NCBI GenBank assembly: GCA_000934665.2
Contig: KZ537968.1
Location: 1 to 64,000, forward strand
From: Catajapyx aquilonaris
Taxonomy: Eukaryota
DNA length: 64,000 nt
Direction of reading: 5' to 3'
The notes beneath the pieces are model-generated. The model was not told where the DNA came from. It did no database searches and saw only the letters and a program-made list of their open reading frames with translations. Every line of letters starts with the position of its first letter. Position 1 is the stretch's first letter. Position numbers and translations under genes: made by a program. Shown one piece after another: positions 24,927 through 36,340 of this stretch.

Positions 24927-25631
24927 TTACAAGGCCTTAGTCATCAAGCTGACCGATTCATGCACCCCCATGTCAGTAAACATAAGTTTACCATCCTCCT
25001 TGTACTCGCTGTATTTAATCTCCGATTCCAAGTAGAACCCCAGCTTATTTCCAACCCTTCTCGAAAAATTACCCGTGAAATAAACCATGGCCAATCCGCA
25101 CCCTTCCCTTTTGCCCAACCTCAGGCTCCTCAGACACATCTCCAGAGCCAATCCTCTTTGTCGATACTTGGTTCCAACAGACAGGATGCGATACTCGTAT
25201 ATCTTGTCCACGTTGTACTTGTCAAACAAGGTTCCAGGTGGCTGGACCATCTGGTCCAGCTGACCCAAGAGTCTGAAGACAACCTCAAAGTCTCCGTAGT
25301 ACTTATCGCTCTTCTCGTGTGCTTTCTCAGCCTCGTCCTTCGTGAGCAGACGGGATATTCTGATCCCTGCCACTTCTCCAGTGGCTTCGTCGAATGCGAC
25401 CAAAGAGTGAAGACCACCTGAGAGCAGGCCAAGTCGGCCGTACTCGACCATTCCGTCGCAGATGCTCTTGCTGTGCTTGTTGAACTTGGTTATGGGCTCG
25501 TCCTTGCAGTACTCTTGGAAGAGATGGTCCAGCATTGCGGGGAAGTCCTTCTCCTGAGCGACCTCGATCCTGAATCCGTTCCAGGAGCCCTCGATGGGGT
25601 CGCTCGCTGATATTACCAGTTCGCCGGGCAT
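24927..25631 (-). CDS. iAANAT-like GNAT (G6), 234 aa
   Basis: Start MPGELVISASDPIEGSWNGF as in G5; YCKDEPI; LSVGTKYRQRGLA; FTGNFSRRV; acceptor at 25642-25641; AATAAA at 24906-24901. Confidence 0.93.
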   Translation of the reverse strand: MPGELVISASDPIEGSWNGFRIEVAQEKDFPAMLDHLFQEYCKDEPITKFNKHSKSICDGMVEYGRLGLLSGGLHSLVAFDEATGEVAGIRISRLLTKDEAEKAHEKSDKYYGDFEVVFRLLGQLDQMVQPPGTLFDKYNVDKIYEYRILSVGTKYRQRGLALEMCLRSLRLGKREGCGLAMVYFTGNFSRRVGNKLGFYLESEIKYSEYKEDGKLMFTDMGVHESVSLMTKAL

Positions 25632-26382
25632 TGTTATTGGCTGAAAATTAGACAGAAAATTAATGATGTGCAATATAATATCTAAGACCTGAAAAATGCA
25701 GAACGATTTGAGGAGTGACATATATTTTTAAAAAGTGACCTGTAATCTATATTGGAAAATTGATGACTAGACTATATCAGAATAGACACCCTTCCTGAAT
25801 TTTGAATACCATGTGGCATTTTGAATTTTAGGTCAATATGTGGTAGACGTAATAATATGTAGAACGGGCACGTGTCTGGAGGTCGGAATGCAATGCATGC
25901 TTGTTATGAATAATATTACTCAACTAGTGCTTTTAATGGATGTGGTAAGCCCTTTTTGTTGTCATTCACGGCATCGCAACTCGATAGCAAAATAAAGATA
26001 TGTGCATATCTACGGTTGAGTGTTACCTTATGTAAGGCCCTGGAATTATCAATGATGATAATGCTAAATGTGATTAGTTGTAGGTAACAATAATTATTTA
26101 GTTATAAAACAATGCTGCAACACTTCTACTGATTCTGCAATAAGATGGAAGCAGATATATTCTGCAGCTTTGTTCTGCGCTTCTATTATGTAGTTTTGAC
26201 AAACGTTAGGAATAAGTGTCTGCAGTACTGCGGAAAGCTTATTGTGACATTACCTATTAATATGTACGACCATGCGGCTAATAAGTAGAATAATTCATTC
26301 AAACGATCTTTGTTACCTAAGTTAATGAATGTAGAATGTTCATACTATTACTACAAACGTACTAGAATAATGGTGTACTCAC

Positions 26383-26540
26383 CTTACAATTAGGATTTCG
26401 TAGTAAAGCAATACCTGTCTGCTGCAGTACTTTGCTGAAGGCCAACTAATGTTGAAGCGTGTTATGTCAGGACCACACACAATCTGCGGAGAAAGCTCGT
26501 GTGAAGGACGTTTGCTACGTCACTAAATACCATTCATTGA
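26383..26540 (-). promoter_or_regulatory. Putative non-coding first exon of G6
   Basis: Donor AAG|GTGAGTACACCA (GT at 26382-26381); TATA-like TATTATAA at ~26585-26578. Confidence 0.5.
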
Positions 26541-27519
26541 GATATCTGCAGCCTCTCTGTGCGTTCCAGCAGGTGCATTATAATAGCTTGCGGTAGTAAT
26601 TTACAGCAATAAAGCCACAGTACTGTACATGCTATCGACGATGATTACGCGGTACTAATTGTATAGGGAAATAAAATATCAATACGTAATTCTACGTAGC
26701 TTTAAGCATCATGTACGAAGAGTCTCTCTTTTTATTTGGAAACATTGGCCATCTTCTTTTAAGTGTTGATATGCATTTTATGTAACACATGATTGTATTT
26801 ATCCGCTCCTTTACTCATCACAAGTCAGTTATTTACAAAACACTTGGCCCTCTCCTTTAAGATTGAACCTGCTGCCTCTCTCCCTCTCCCATGACCTTTT
26901 CCGAGGTGGTACTGACCTCCGGATTCTGCGAGACCTAATTTGGCTCATTCCTGAATTCCTCTCACGCCAAAGAGGATGGTGCCCTGAAAGGCAGTCACCC
27001 TCACTCGCACTCTAATAAATGGACTCTCAAGTTATATAACCCCCATCCGGCTGCTGCTGCACCCGCCAAAGGGAAACCCTTAAATGGGGGGTTTGCACAA
27101 GAGGGAAATGACGTGAAGGGTGTCATCCTGGTGCATCCCTGTGTGTGCATTGGGTGTAATACGTACGTGTCATTATTATTAGCAATGTGTTTTACTTCTT
27201 TGAAATATAGGGGAATTACCAGGTATCTCTGCGACACACTTTTGCAGGCTGCGCATATTGGCTAAATTAGGTATGAAAATGCAGGGCTTTGTCAGAATAT
27301 TTAATCCGTTCATACAAATGGCAATCACTTATAGGCCGAGCAGTGAACATAGACATATTGCATACATCTGTCTATATTAAAAGTAATGATAAAAGCTAAC
27401 AAGTACTGCGGATGGGCGCATCTTATCTGTGAAAAAATAGCACGAATTAAACCTTGATAAGCCCCGTAGCATTTTTATTTATGTACATGTTTCTAACACC
27501 TTGTGAACGTAATATGAAG

Positions 27520-28224
27520 TTACAAGCATTTGAACATCATGACGCATGAAACATGAGGTGGCTTCATATCCTTAAAGACAATTTTCCCATCCTTCTCCCA
27601 CTCTAGATATTTGGTGTCATCGTATGCCTGGAATCCCAGCTTCTCTCCAATCCTCCTGGAGAAAGCAGACGTGTAGCAGACCTTGACCACCTTGATCCCT
27701 GACCTTTTGGCCAGTCTGATGGCACGCAGGCTGAGCTCGTATCCCAGGTTCTTCTGCCTGTACTTGGAGTTGACCGAAAGGAGATGGAATTCGACCACTT
27801 TGTCCACCCCAAACTTGTCGAACATGTTGGGCTGCATCTTGTCCCCCATGTCGTACATCATGTCGTAGAAGTACTTGAAGTTTTTGTCCTGCATCTTCGG
27901 GTTGGGTTCCTGTGGCTTGAACGCCGTCTCTTTCTGCCACAGGTGAGAGATCCTGACCCCTGCGACCTCACCTGTCACCTCGTCGTAGGCCACCAGAGAC
28001 TGACCTCCAGATTCGCTTAGGCCCAGCTTGGCATACTCATCCAGGCTTTCCTCTAGACCCGGGGTCGTACCCAAACAGTTGCACATGGGTTCGTCTATCA
28101 GGAAGTAAAGGCGGATGTTCTCCAGCATGGCGGGGTGGTCCTCTTTTGTGGCGATCTTGAAACGGAGGCCATTCCAGGAGCCCTCGATGGGGTCGTCTGG
28201 TGAGATGGTCGGGCCGTTGCTCAT
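27520..28224 (-). CDS. iAANAT-like GNAT (G7), 234 aa
   Basis: DPIEGSWNGL, YFLIDEPM, LSVNSKYRQKNLG, CYTSAFSRRIGEKLGF, FKDMKPPH; acceptor at ~28237. Confidence 0.93.
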   Translation of the reverse strand: MSNGPTISPDDPIEGSWNGLRFKIATKEDHPAMLENIRLYFLIDEPMCNCLGTTPGLEESLDEYAKLGLSESGGQSLVAYDEVTGEVAGVRISHLWQKETAFKPQEPNPKMQDKNFKYFYDMMYDMGDKMQPNMFDKFGVDKVVEFHLLSVNSKYRQKNLGYELSLRAIRLAKRSGIKVVKVCYTSAFSRRIGEKLGFQAYDDTKYLEWEKDGKIVFKDMKPPHVSCVMMFKCL

Positions 28225-29678
28225 TTTTTTTTTGACTGGAAGTCAGAAACAATCATTATGACCAAAAAACTTTGTTACGAAAGAAGCCAAAATTTTAAAT
28301 TGAGATTGACATTCCGTGACAGCGACTCCTAATGACTTTCAGAAAATACAGCCTGATAAGCTCAGCAGACAAGTGTTTCTCAACGGCTAAGATAATAACG
28401 GGACGTGACACTCAAACTCTTGGATTAGAAAAGACAAAGTTTTGGCAGGTCCAACAGATAATGCGATTAGGGAGGCTGCACGTGAAACTTTGGGTTACTA
28501 TGAGCGAAGTGTCAGCTAATTTTACAATATTTTGCATAGTAAACAGTTTTGAAGGGTATAGAAAAAACTATATAATTTTTTGAAAAGGCCAGATAGTGTG
28601 GCTGGACATTCTTCAAAATTTTAATAGGCTATGTATAATCAAAATGAGTAATTGATGCGGATATTTTTTCATGTGACATATTTGGCTAGTGTACTGTACA
28701 GTATAGCTATCCTACGTAGTTATAAGTACTTATGAGAGTAATACCTTGCCTGCTTTTAACGGGACTCGTAGTAGGTCACGTCAGTCACCTGTGGAGTGCT
28801 TCACCAGAGTGAAGTATTCACACTCTTGTGTACGGTGCATTATCTGATGTCTGGTCCGTCGCATGGGCAGCCAATCAAGGCTACCAGGATTACGTCCTTC
28901 GAATGCTGAAGAGGCTTCACTTCCGTGATGAATATTCATTATGTTCATAATTGAATTATTCTGATTTCCTGCTTGCTTACGGGAAGCTGTTTTGTTCGAA
29001 TCTGCCTTTTGTCCGCTACTTTTATTGAAGAGTTTGTGGATATGCCAGTGAAAAATGAATGGAGCTGGCACAACTTGACACGACATCCGGTTAAAAAAGT
29101 GTGCAATAACAGTTATTAAGTTTACTTTTCAGGCACCCAGCCAGCCTATTAGCTAATACCGGTTCTTAATTGAGGTGAAGGTTTATTTGAACAACATGCA
29201 ATTTTGTTTACTCTCACCATCAGCTTAATATGTAATTGCACTCTAGAATATTAGCGTTATTTTAATAAACGTGGGTTTGATAGTTCAAAATATAATTTTG
29301 TGGCTGTAATTAACCTGTCACATTCTACCTCATTCACCGGATAAGTATAGGCGTGATATGTATACAATACTGTATAGTAATAATTCCGCACGTGAAGTTG
29401 GTTGCCTACGTGCCAGGATTCAGTTCATTTATGGCCGTATTACTCGATTGATGGACACAACTTTTATGAAATGTGGATTTCAACATTCCTGACATACTCT
29501 GAGAAACGGCCTAAAATTCGTGACAAAGTCTTACCTGTAACAAACCACAGCGACGATATGCAAAACCTACTGTAGAAAAAAAGAGAAAGAAAAGTCTACT
29601 CCTCCAGCTCTGGTCAAACGTGCCAAAAACAGTCACATTTATTTCATACTGTCCACAAGCATAATATAGCACACCCTG

Positions 29679-30386
29679 TCACAACATCTTGAACATAAGC
29701 ACTGCATGGGTATGAGGTGGCTTCATGTCCTGAAAGATAGCTTTCCCGTCCTTCACATACTCAGAGTACTTGATCTGATCATACAGCACGAAACCCAGCT
29801 TCTCTCCGATCCTCCTGGAGTAAGCGGATGAGTAGCAGACCTTGACCAATGGCACCCCGTTCCTCTTGCACAACCTGAGGCACCTCAGGCTCATCTCGTA
29901 GGCCAGATTCCTCGACCTGTACTGCGCAGCAACCGACAAGAAGTGGAACTCCACGTAAGAGTCAACGCAAAAGGCCTCGTAGATGTTGGGCTGGAGTCCA
30001 GACCCAAGCTGGTCCATCAGCTCCAGGACCAAGGAGTAGTCCCCGAAGGACTGCTGAGGCTTGCTGTCCTCCATCAGGGAAGAGGACTTCTCCTTCAGGC
30101 AGGCGATGCGAACTCCGGCCAGGTCGCCAGTCACCAGGTCATAGGCCACCAGGGAGTGACCTTTGGATTCCTCCAGGTATAGACGGGCCTTCTCCAGGAC
30201 GCCTTCCATCAGGAGGGTTGGATCCTCCTGGATGCTGTGGCAGAGGACGTTGTCCCTGCAGTAGTGGACGCGGATGTTCTCCAGGATTGCGGGCACATCC
30301 TCCTCTCTGACGATCTTGATCTGGAAGGTGTTCCAGATGCCTTCTACGGGGTCGTCCCCTGAGACTACGGGCCGGAAGTTGTCCAT
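29679..30386 (-). CDS. iAANAT-like GNAT (G8), 235 aa, with Asn at the conserved catalytic-Glu position
   Basis: DPVEGIWNTF, YCRDNVL (others DEP/DEV/DEI/EEV/EEP), LSVAAQYRSRNLA, CYSSAYSRRIGEKLGF, FQDMKPPH; acceptor CCACAG 2 nt before the ATG. Confidence 0.92.
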   Translation of the reverse strand: MDNFRPVVSGDDPVEGIWNTFQIKIVREEDVPAILENIRVHYCRDNVLCHSIQEDPTLLMEGVLEKARLYLEESKGHSLVAYDLVTGDLAGVRIACLKEKSSSLMEDSKPQQSFGDYSLVLELMDQLGSGLQPNIYEAFCVDSYVEFHFLSVAAQYRSRNLAYEMSLRCLRLCKRNGVPLVKVCYSSAYSRRIGEKLGFVLYDQIKYSEYVKDGKAIFQDMKPPHTHAVLMFKML

Positions 30387-31436
30387 CTCTGTGGAAAGAA
30401 ATAATCAAAGATCTATTGAAAAATGGATTTAATTGTGACACGCGATAATATTCGTAGTGCAGGGTAATCTTTGAACACAATTATTTTTACTACAGATTTA
30501 AAGTGGTGGATCTTCGCTTCGGATAAAATATCAGATTTTTGCAAACATATTCCGAACGGTTTCGGAAAACACTGTGCAAGTGTGCAGGAATTTATCAGCG
30601 CGATTTCTCGATGCTGGAAATATTTGTGTTAATTGTTATTACACTAACTTATGAATCACAGCAGCGTGCAATAAAAGTTAATCCCAACGTTTTGAAGATG
30701 CATGCAACATTGCATTTGATATTTCACAAAATATTAATGCATAAGTGGCATTGTCACTGTATGGCATGGTCTTCCAGCACCGAAAAAATGCAGATAATTT
30801 TTGCATGTTAAATTATTATTTTTGGCAATATCAAACCTAAAGTAGGACATAATGGCATATCATTACAATTCGAGGGCTCAACAGGTAAAGAAAGTATTAT
30901 TAATATATTACGTACAATAAATAATTAAAATCAAACATGCAGTAGGGGCCTTACTCATAACTGAATTGAAATAATATCGCTGTCGCGGCGGGCAGCTGTA
31001 GAAAACTAAGAAAAGTGATTCAGTTTTGAAACATTTTAAAAAGTCGTAGGCCTAATGCAACGGATAGTCTACCGGCAATACTATAATTATTCACTCTACG
31101 GCGCAAGAGAGAAGGTGCAGGGAATTAATCAATATCACATTAATTACACCCGCGAGAGTCATCAAAGAAAATACTTCGCTGATAAGCAAATAATATAGGA
31201 CACGATTGATGAATAAGCACTCCTGATTATTGAGCGTTGCCACTTGCCTGTGATTCATTGGTCCGCCACGTTAAGCGATCACGGCATCACGCAAGGTAAT
31301 GGTTGATTTGCGCATATGAAACATCAATCTCACTTTGTGCGAAGTTCAACCCGTTTTTAGCTGACATATTGTGTCAAAAAGTCTCCTAAAATGTGACTAT
31401 ACAGCGTGAATAATTTCTATCATTCCGAACAGTCAT

Positions 31437-31586
31437 TGAGTACGTTGCTCAACTCAACCGCTACCGCAACGAAACAAAAGAGTAACAATAAAATAACAAT
31501 AATCTATTACTTATTGTTATTTTATTGCCATAATTGACAATAAAATAACAACGCTGCGGCAGCAGCTGAGTTTAGCAACGTACTCA
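31437..31586. mobile_element. MITE-like element with terminal inverted repeats (copy A)
   Basis: TGAGTACGTTGCTCAACTCA ... TGAGTTTAGCAACGTACTCA; AT-rich interior with ACAATAAAATAACAA repeats. Confidence 0.7.
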
Positions 31587-33015
31587 TTGTATAGACACCG
31601 TGTAACAGTCACATGCCACGCTCGCAATGACTCTCCCAAAAATTAGGCCCTTTCCAACCCAAAAAAATTAGCTTCCAGATTGTTAAAATAAATAAAATTT
31701 CTGGAACTCTCGCATCCTAGACATATCGAGCAACTCACGTCCTTCAATCAAAACATGCACCAAAACACGCTACAACAAAAGGTGCGGTTCAATCTATGAA
31801 TAATTGTTGAATAAGTTGCTCCAATTTAATTGTTGAGTAAATAATGCTTAGCGAGACAAAAGGGGGGGGGGGGCTACTAACCTTGGCCGGATGTCTGGTT
31901 CCTTGTGGCTTCTTTCCTTCCTTGACCAAATGACAGAAGTGAACTGGAAGAGTCCAAAAGGTGGAATGTTGAGTGTCTTTCATTCATGTCCCCTTCCTTC
32001 CTATGATGCACCAGAGGGGTGAGGAAAGGTGAGTCAGAAGCGGGCCACGAATAGCGACGACACCAAACTGTTATCTGTAGGCGCCAGAGGTACTGACCAG
32101 TAGGAACAATGTCCCTCCTATTTACAGAATGCAAGCGATGCACTGCTGGAAGGTGAAAGTTGCTTTACACAACCCGAAACTGGTTCGCTCCAGACTCGAA
32201 AGATGATGCCGGATGATTAACCCATTATTTTAGGCGCCTGACCCTCCTGGGCTTGGCTGGGCGGGACACTGCCGCCGTATGCAACCCTACCTGGTGGCCC
32301 ACCGGTGTTTGTCATGGTCCCAAGGGCACCCAATTTATTCCGCCCTCCTGTTTCCACCTTTACAAAAATTTTCCCACCCGAAATTCCCCCTAACCACAAA
32401 GGTCCGAAATTCCGGGCTACCCTTCCGGTTGCTACATGATTCGTAGCTATAGTGTCTGACTGTCCTGTCCAGTTTTAACAGGATACGGTTGGACATTTTA
32501 TTTGAAAAAATGTGACGCTTGTGATGCCGGACTATAGCCATCAGCATGATGGTATTGGATAAATCGGATATGAAGTGATTACGTTTATGATATTTCAAAA
32601 TAAGACGCCTCTAAAAACACTATTTTTCGCATTGGCTAACTCTCATATTAAAGTTTCATTTCCATTAATAATGTGGATTTTTTTTAATACTTTAATGTAA
32701 AATCCAAATGAAATTCAAAAATTTTATAGGACATTATTGCTTCTCTGGTGGTTCCATATAATATACGTAGTTACTTTACCAAATAGGCCAGTATGTTTCA
32801 GCCAGACATAATTATTATAGCAGTCAGCCAAATTCTCACCTGTTGACTCCGCGGTGGTGTGCTGGAATAATAGAAGGTATCAAACTACTCTTGCTGTTAA
32901 TTCAAGGTTAGGCGATAAAGTTGTATGGGCCCAGATGGGAGCAATTGTACATAATATAGTGACTTCCTAAACCAACATCTGCATGTTACAGCCAATCACC
33001 CCCAATCGCACTGTA

Positions 33016-33102
33016 AACGTTGCTAAACTCATCAGCCGCTGCCGATTTATTGTTACTCTTTTGTTTCGCTGTGGCAGCGGCTGAGTTTAGCAACGTACTC
33101 AT
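33016..33102. mobile_element. Shorter, inverted copy B of the 31437-31586 MITE family
   Basis: ACGTTGCTAAACTCA...TGAGTTTAGCAACGTACTCA; interior TTATTGTTACTCTTTTGTTTCG is the reverse complement of CGAAACAAAAGAGTAACAATAA in copy A. Confidence 0.7.
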
Positions 33103-33550
33103 AAACCTTGCATACACGTTCAGGTTGCATAATACTTGGATGTACCAACCTGTAATTTTGTGTCACTTTTTGAAATAAGACTCAAGTGTACTTGTGTGCA
33201 ACTGTAATAAATAAATAAATGATTACTTAATTGATAGTTCAGTAATTATACGAAATGTTTTTAAAGAATGTGCCGCATCGATGAGAAATCATCAATATAA
33301 TTTTTGCTAAAATATTTTTTGAAAGTTATTTTCATTGCCATTCCAAATTATTTGGGCCCAAGAAGGAGAGAATGGCCGGAAATCGTCGGTTCAGCATCAG
33401 GGTTGTAGATCTTGATACGTTCCTTTTCCTCAGGTTGAATAGTTGGTAAGTACGCAAAAATACACTATTAAGTTATCAACACATCATTTTATTTATCCAA
33501 TTGACATGTAATATTGCAGATTCAGGCCATGTTAACCCGCCCAATAAAAA

Positions 33551-34255
33551 TTATGTGAGACGCTTAATCATCATGATAGCAGCTTTGTGAGGAGCGTCCA
33601 CCTCGAATACCACCTTCCCGTCCTTCTTGTAATCAGTGTACAAGAACTCGGTGACTGGTTCGAACCCCAGCTTTTCCCCTACCCTCCTGGAGAATGCCGA
33701 TGTGAAGTAGGCCTTGACCAAGGGCACACCAATCCTCTTGGCATGTCGTAAGCTCCGGAGGATCATTTCCTGAGCCAGATTCTTCCGACGGTAAGTCCGA
33801 TCCACCGAGACCAACCGGAACTCCTCAATCAGGTCAACTCCGTACTTCTGGAATATGCTCGGGGTAACGGAGTCGCTCAGGTCGTAAAATACGTCCAGAA
33901 GAGGCTGAGCTTCCTGGTACTTTTTCTCTCGTTCCTTCAGCGCCTCTTTCTCCAGCTCGGGTGTGAGTTGGACGGAGATTCGAACCCCGGCCACTCTACC
34001 GGTGTCCTGGTCCAGTGCGACCAGACTGACCTTCTGCCCAGGGGTGAGCCCGGGCCTGGCCCAGTCCAGGATGGATTCGACCACGTTTGGGGTGTATCCG
34101 ACGTGGTGGCAAAGGGGCTCGTCACGGCAGAAGTTTTCTCGGACGTGGTCCAGCATCGCGGGGAAGTCCTCCTCTCTAGCTATGCGGATCGTCAGCCCAT
34201 TCCAGGGACCCTCGATGGGGTCATCGGGGTTTATTGGGGGCGCCTCGTCGGTCAT
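33551..34255 (-). CDS. iAANAT-like GNAT (G9), 234 aa
   Basis: MTDEAPPINPDDPIEGPWNGL, FCRDEPL, VSVDRTYRRKNLA, FTSAFSRRVGEKLGF, VFEVDAPH; acceptor at 34266-34265. Confidence 0.93.
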   Translation of the reverse strand: MTDEAPPINPDDPIEGPWNGLTIRIAREEDFPAMLDHVRENFCRDEPLCHHVGYTPNVVESILDWARPGLTPGQKVSLVALDQDTGRVAGVRISVQLTPELEKEALKEREKKYQEAQPLLDVFYDLSDSVTPSIFQKYGVDLIEEFRLVSVDRTYRRKNLAQEMILRSLRHAKRIGVPLVKAYFTSAFSRRVGEKLGFEPVTEFLYTDYKKDGKVVFEVDAPHKAAIMMIKRLT

Positions 34256-35839
34256 GGCCAATCTCTGGAGAACACGATTAATAGTGAGGGATATTTAATT
34301 TTACCAAAAAAAAACAAGCCTAATCATAATATACAATACTAATCATTCTAGTGTGATTCTGATTGTTATGCATTTTGGGTCAATGTGTGACACCAGGGTG
34401 ACACATAATGCAATCTCAGATTAGCAGCTAATAATTTTGATAGCTGGTAAAGGTTAGTGCAGATTATTGCAAAAAATCGCTAACTAACATTATGGTATAT
34501 GTTACTTAACTTCTACTTTCAGTGCCTATGCATCCTATTTGTTGCAATAATTGCATTTTTATCCTCTCTGTATTCGCAATTGTCAATATCCTCTGTCACT
34601 TCCGAATAATTAAATGTCGCATCACGCAATCACGAAGCCTTCCAGTCAAAAACTATTATAAGTTACAGCAATAGTATTCTTCAATTTGAGCAGGTACATA
34701 AATACCATACTGGCTTCCCTGTACGAAAACTGGCAAGAATATTTACATAAGCACATGACTCACAATGTAAATGCTCATTGCATGTAGCATGTGTCATTTA
34801 ATCAATTCGAAGTATGAATTACCTCTTTCAAGATTATAGGACTGATGTTAGACCTTTTATTTGTTCACAACAGGTTGCTGGATTCTCATGTAGTAATATA
34901 ATGGCCTTTTACATTTTTACGCACTTATGAATCTTAATAAACTGCATTACCAGAGAAATATTACAACCATGAATCAAATAATTGTTCACCATTTATGCAA
35001 CTGCTGCGTGCAGGTACAGGATAGCGAGGTATGACTTATTCCGTCAGACCCATTCGGACTCCCGAAATATAAACATAAATAATAACACATTTGCTACAAA
35101 AAATTCAAACATTAAACAGCATCACATACCTTCAAATGCAATCCCAATATTATTGCAGCGTATGGTTTTACGACACAAAAGGCAAGTCTGTCCACCACTA
35201 GTCTTTCTAATTGGCCTCAAGTCTCTGGGACACCTAAAGGAGGGCATCCCCGCTTATATACTGTCCTTGGTGGTCTTAAAGTCAAGACCCTCTTCGTTTG
35301 AACAGGTGACAAACAAGTCCGAGTGGGTCTGTTGATTTACTCCTTTATGAGACACGCATGCTAATTGATTAAATTGGAGGACAGATATTTATATATACTC
35401 CATGCTTAAGGCATGCGCATGTACGCAAGGATACCACGAATACAAGTTGCGTGTTATGCTTTACACGCATTGTCTCACAGATCTAATGTGATTCGTTAAT
35501 GTTGGAAGTACATTTCATTTGGTGTCAACGAAACAATTAGCGGTTATCTCCCTTGAAGCGACAGGACAGAAGCAAAGCTTGCAAGTTGCGGTGCACTTAG
35601 GTTACTGTCAGTTGAAGCCACAACCGCAGAATTCTAAGAATCTAATGGGGGAACAGTAGGGGGTGGCGTGGACTGAATAGAGTCGAAGGCCTTGCAGCCT
35701 CCGCATAGAATCGATTTTGGCATCTTCCTAGTTTACACTGCTACCTTTATTCTCCAACTAAGTAAGAATATGTGTAAAGATTGAGCATCTCCGCCTCTCC
35801 GGATGAAAGCTCTGTCTCTTGCAGCCTGATGTCATTGTC

Positions 35840-36340
35840 CAAAGAGAAACTGACCCACTAAGTTAGGGGTCGGCCATATTTGTCACCAGCATTCTTCGAG
35901 TGCAATGCTAGCATCCTTGGACGAGGACAATGGTGCTCATCTCCTCTTCCTTCTGATATCCGTCTGGAGAACTCAATGTCATTTAAGGTCAAGCTACAAC
36001 CTCTGTTTGTACAAGCAGATTTCTCAGAACTGACATAGTCTAGCTGTAATGTACAATTGAATATTTAGTGACAAATTTTGTGTAATTTTCTTCTGTATCG
36101 TGACTCAAGTCACGTCAAAGTGCAACTTGATCATTCCATCTCTTAAGATGAGCTTCATCTCTCCGACACCTTTCCTGCAGCGCCCAGCATCCTTCCCAGG
36201 CACATTTTGCAGGTTGCCAGATAATCCCCAGCTCAAACACAAAAAAACCAAGTCCTACCTGACTAAGGCCACGTAGGCTCTTCCGATTTTCCCGGAACGT
36301 CCGGGGCTACAGCACAGAAGCGTGATGGTGGGGAATGGTG
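35840..36340 (-). pseudogene. Possible heavily decayed GNAT copy
   Basis: Collinear fragments across frameshifts on the minus strand: REN..EEP (~36300-36275), ATCK..RML, KY..MSV, LRNL (36027-36016), GCSL, FSRRISE..G (from 35971), TNM (35883-35875). The FSRR-to-TNM spacing is within 2 nt of G4. By-eye alignment only. Confidence 0.35.

Noticed and set aside
28781..29086. 101-aa ORF region with a GCAGGAAATCAGAATA stretch resembling the AGIRIS codons of G5
   Set aside because: Only one or two isolated short matches and no collinear motif series; likely chance.
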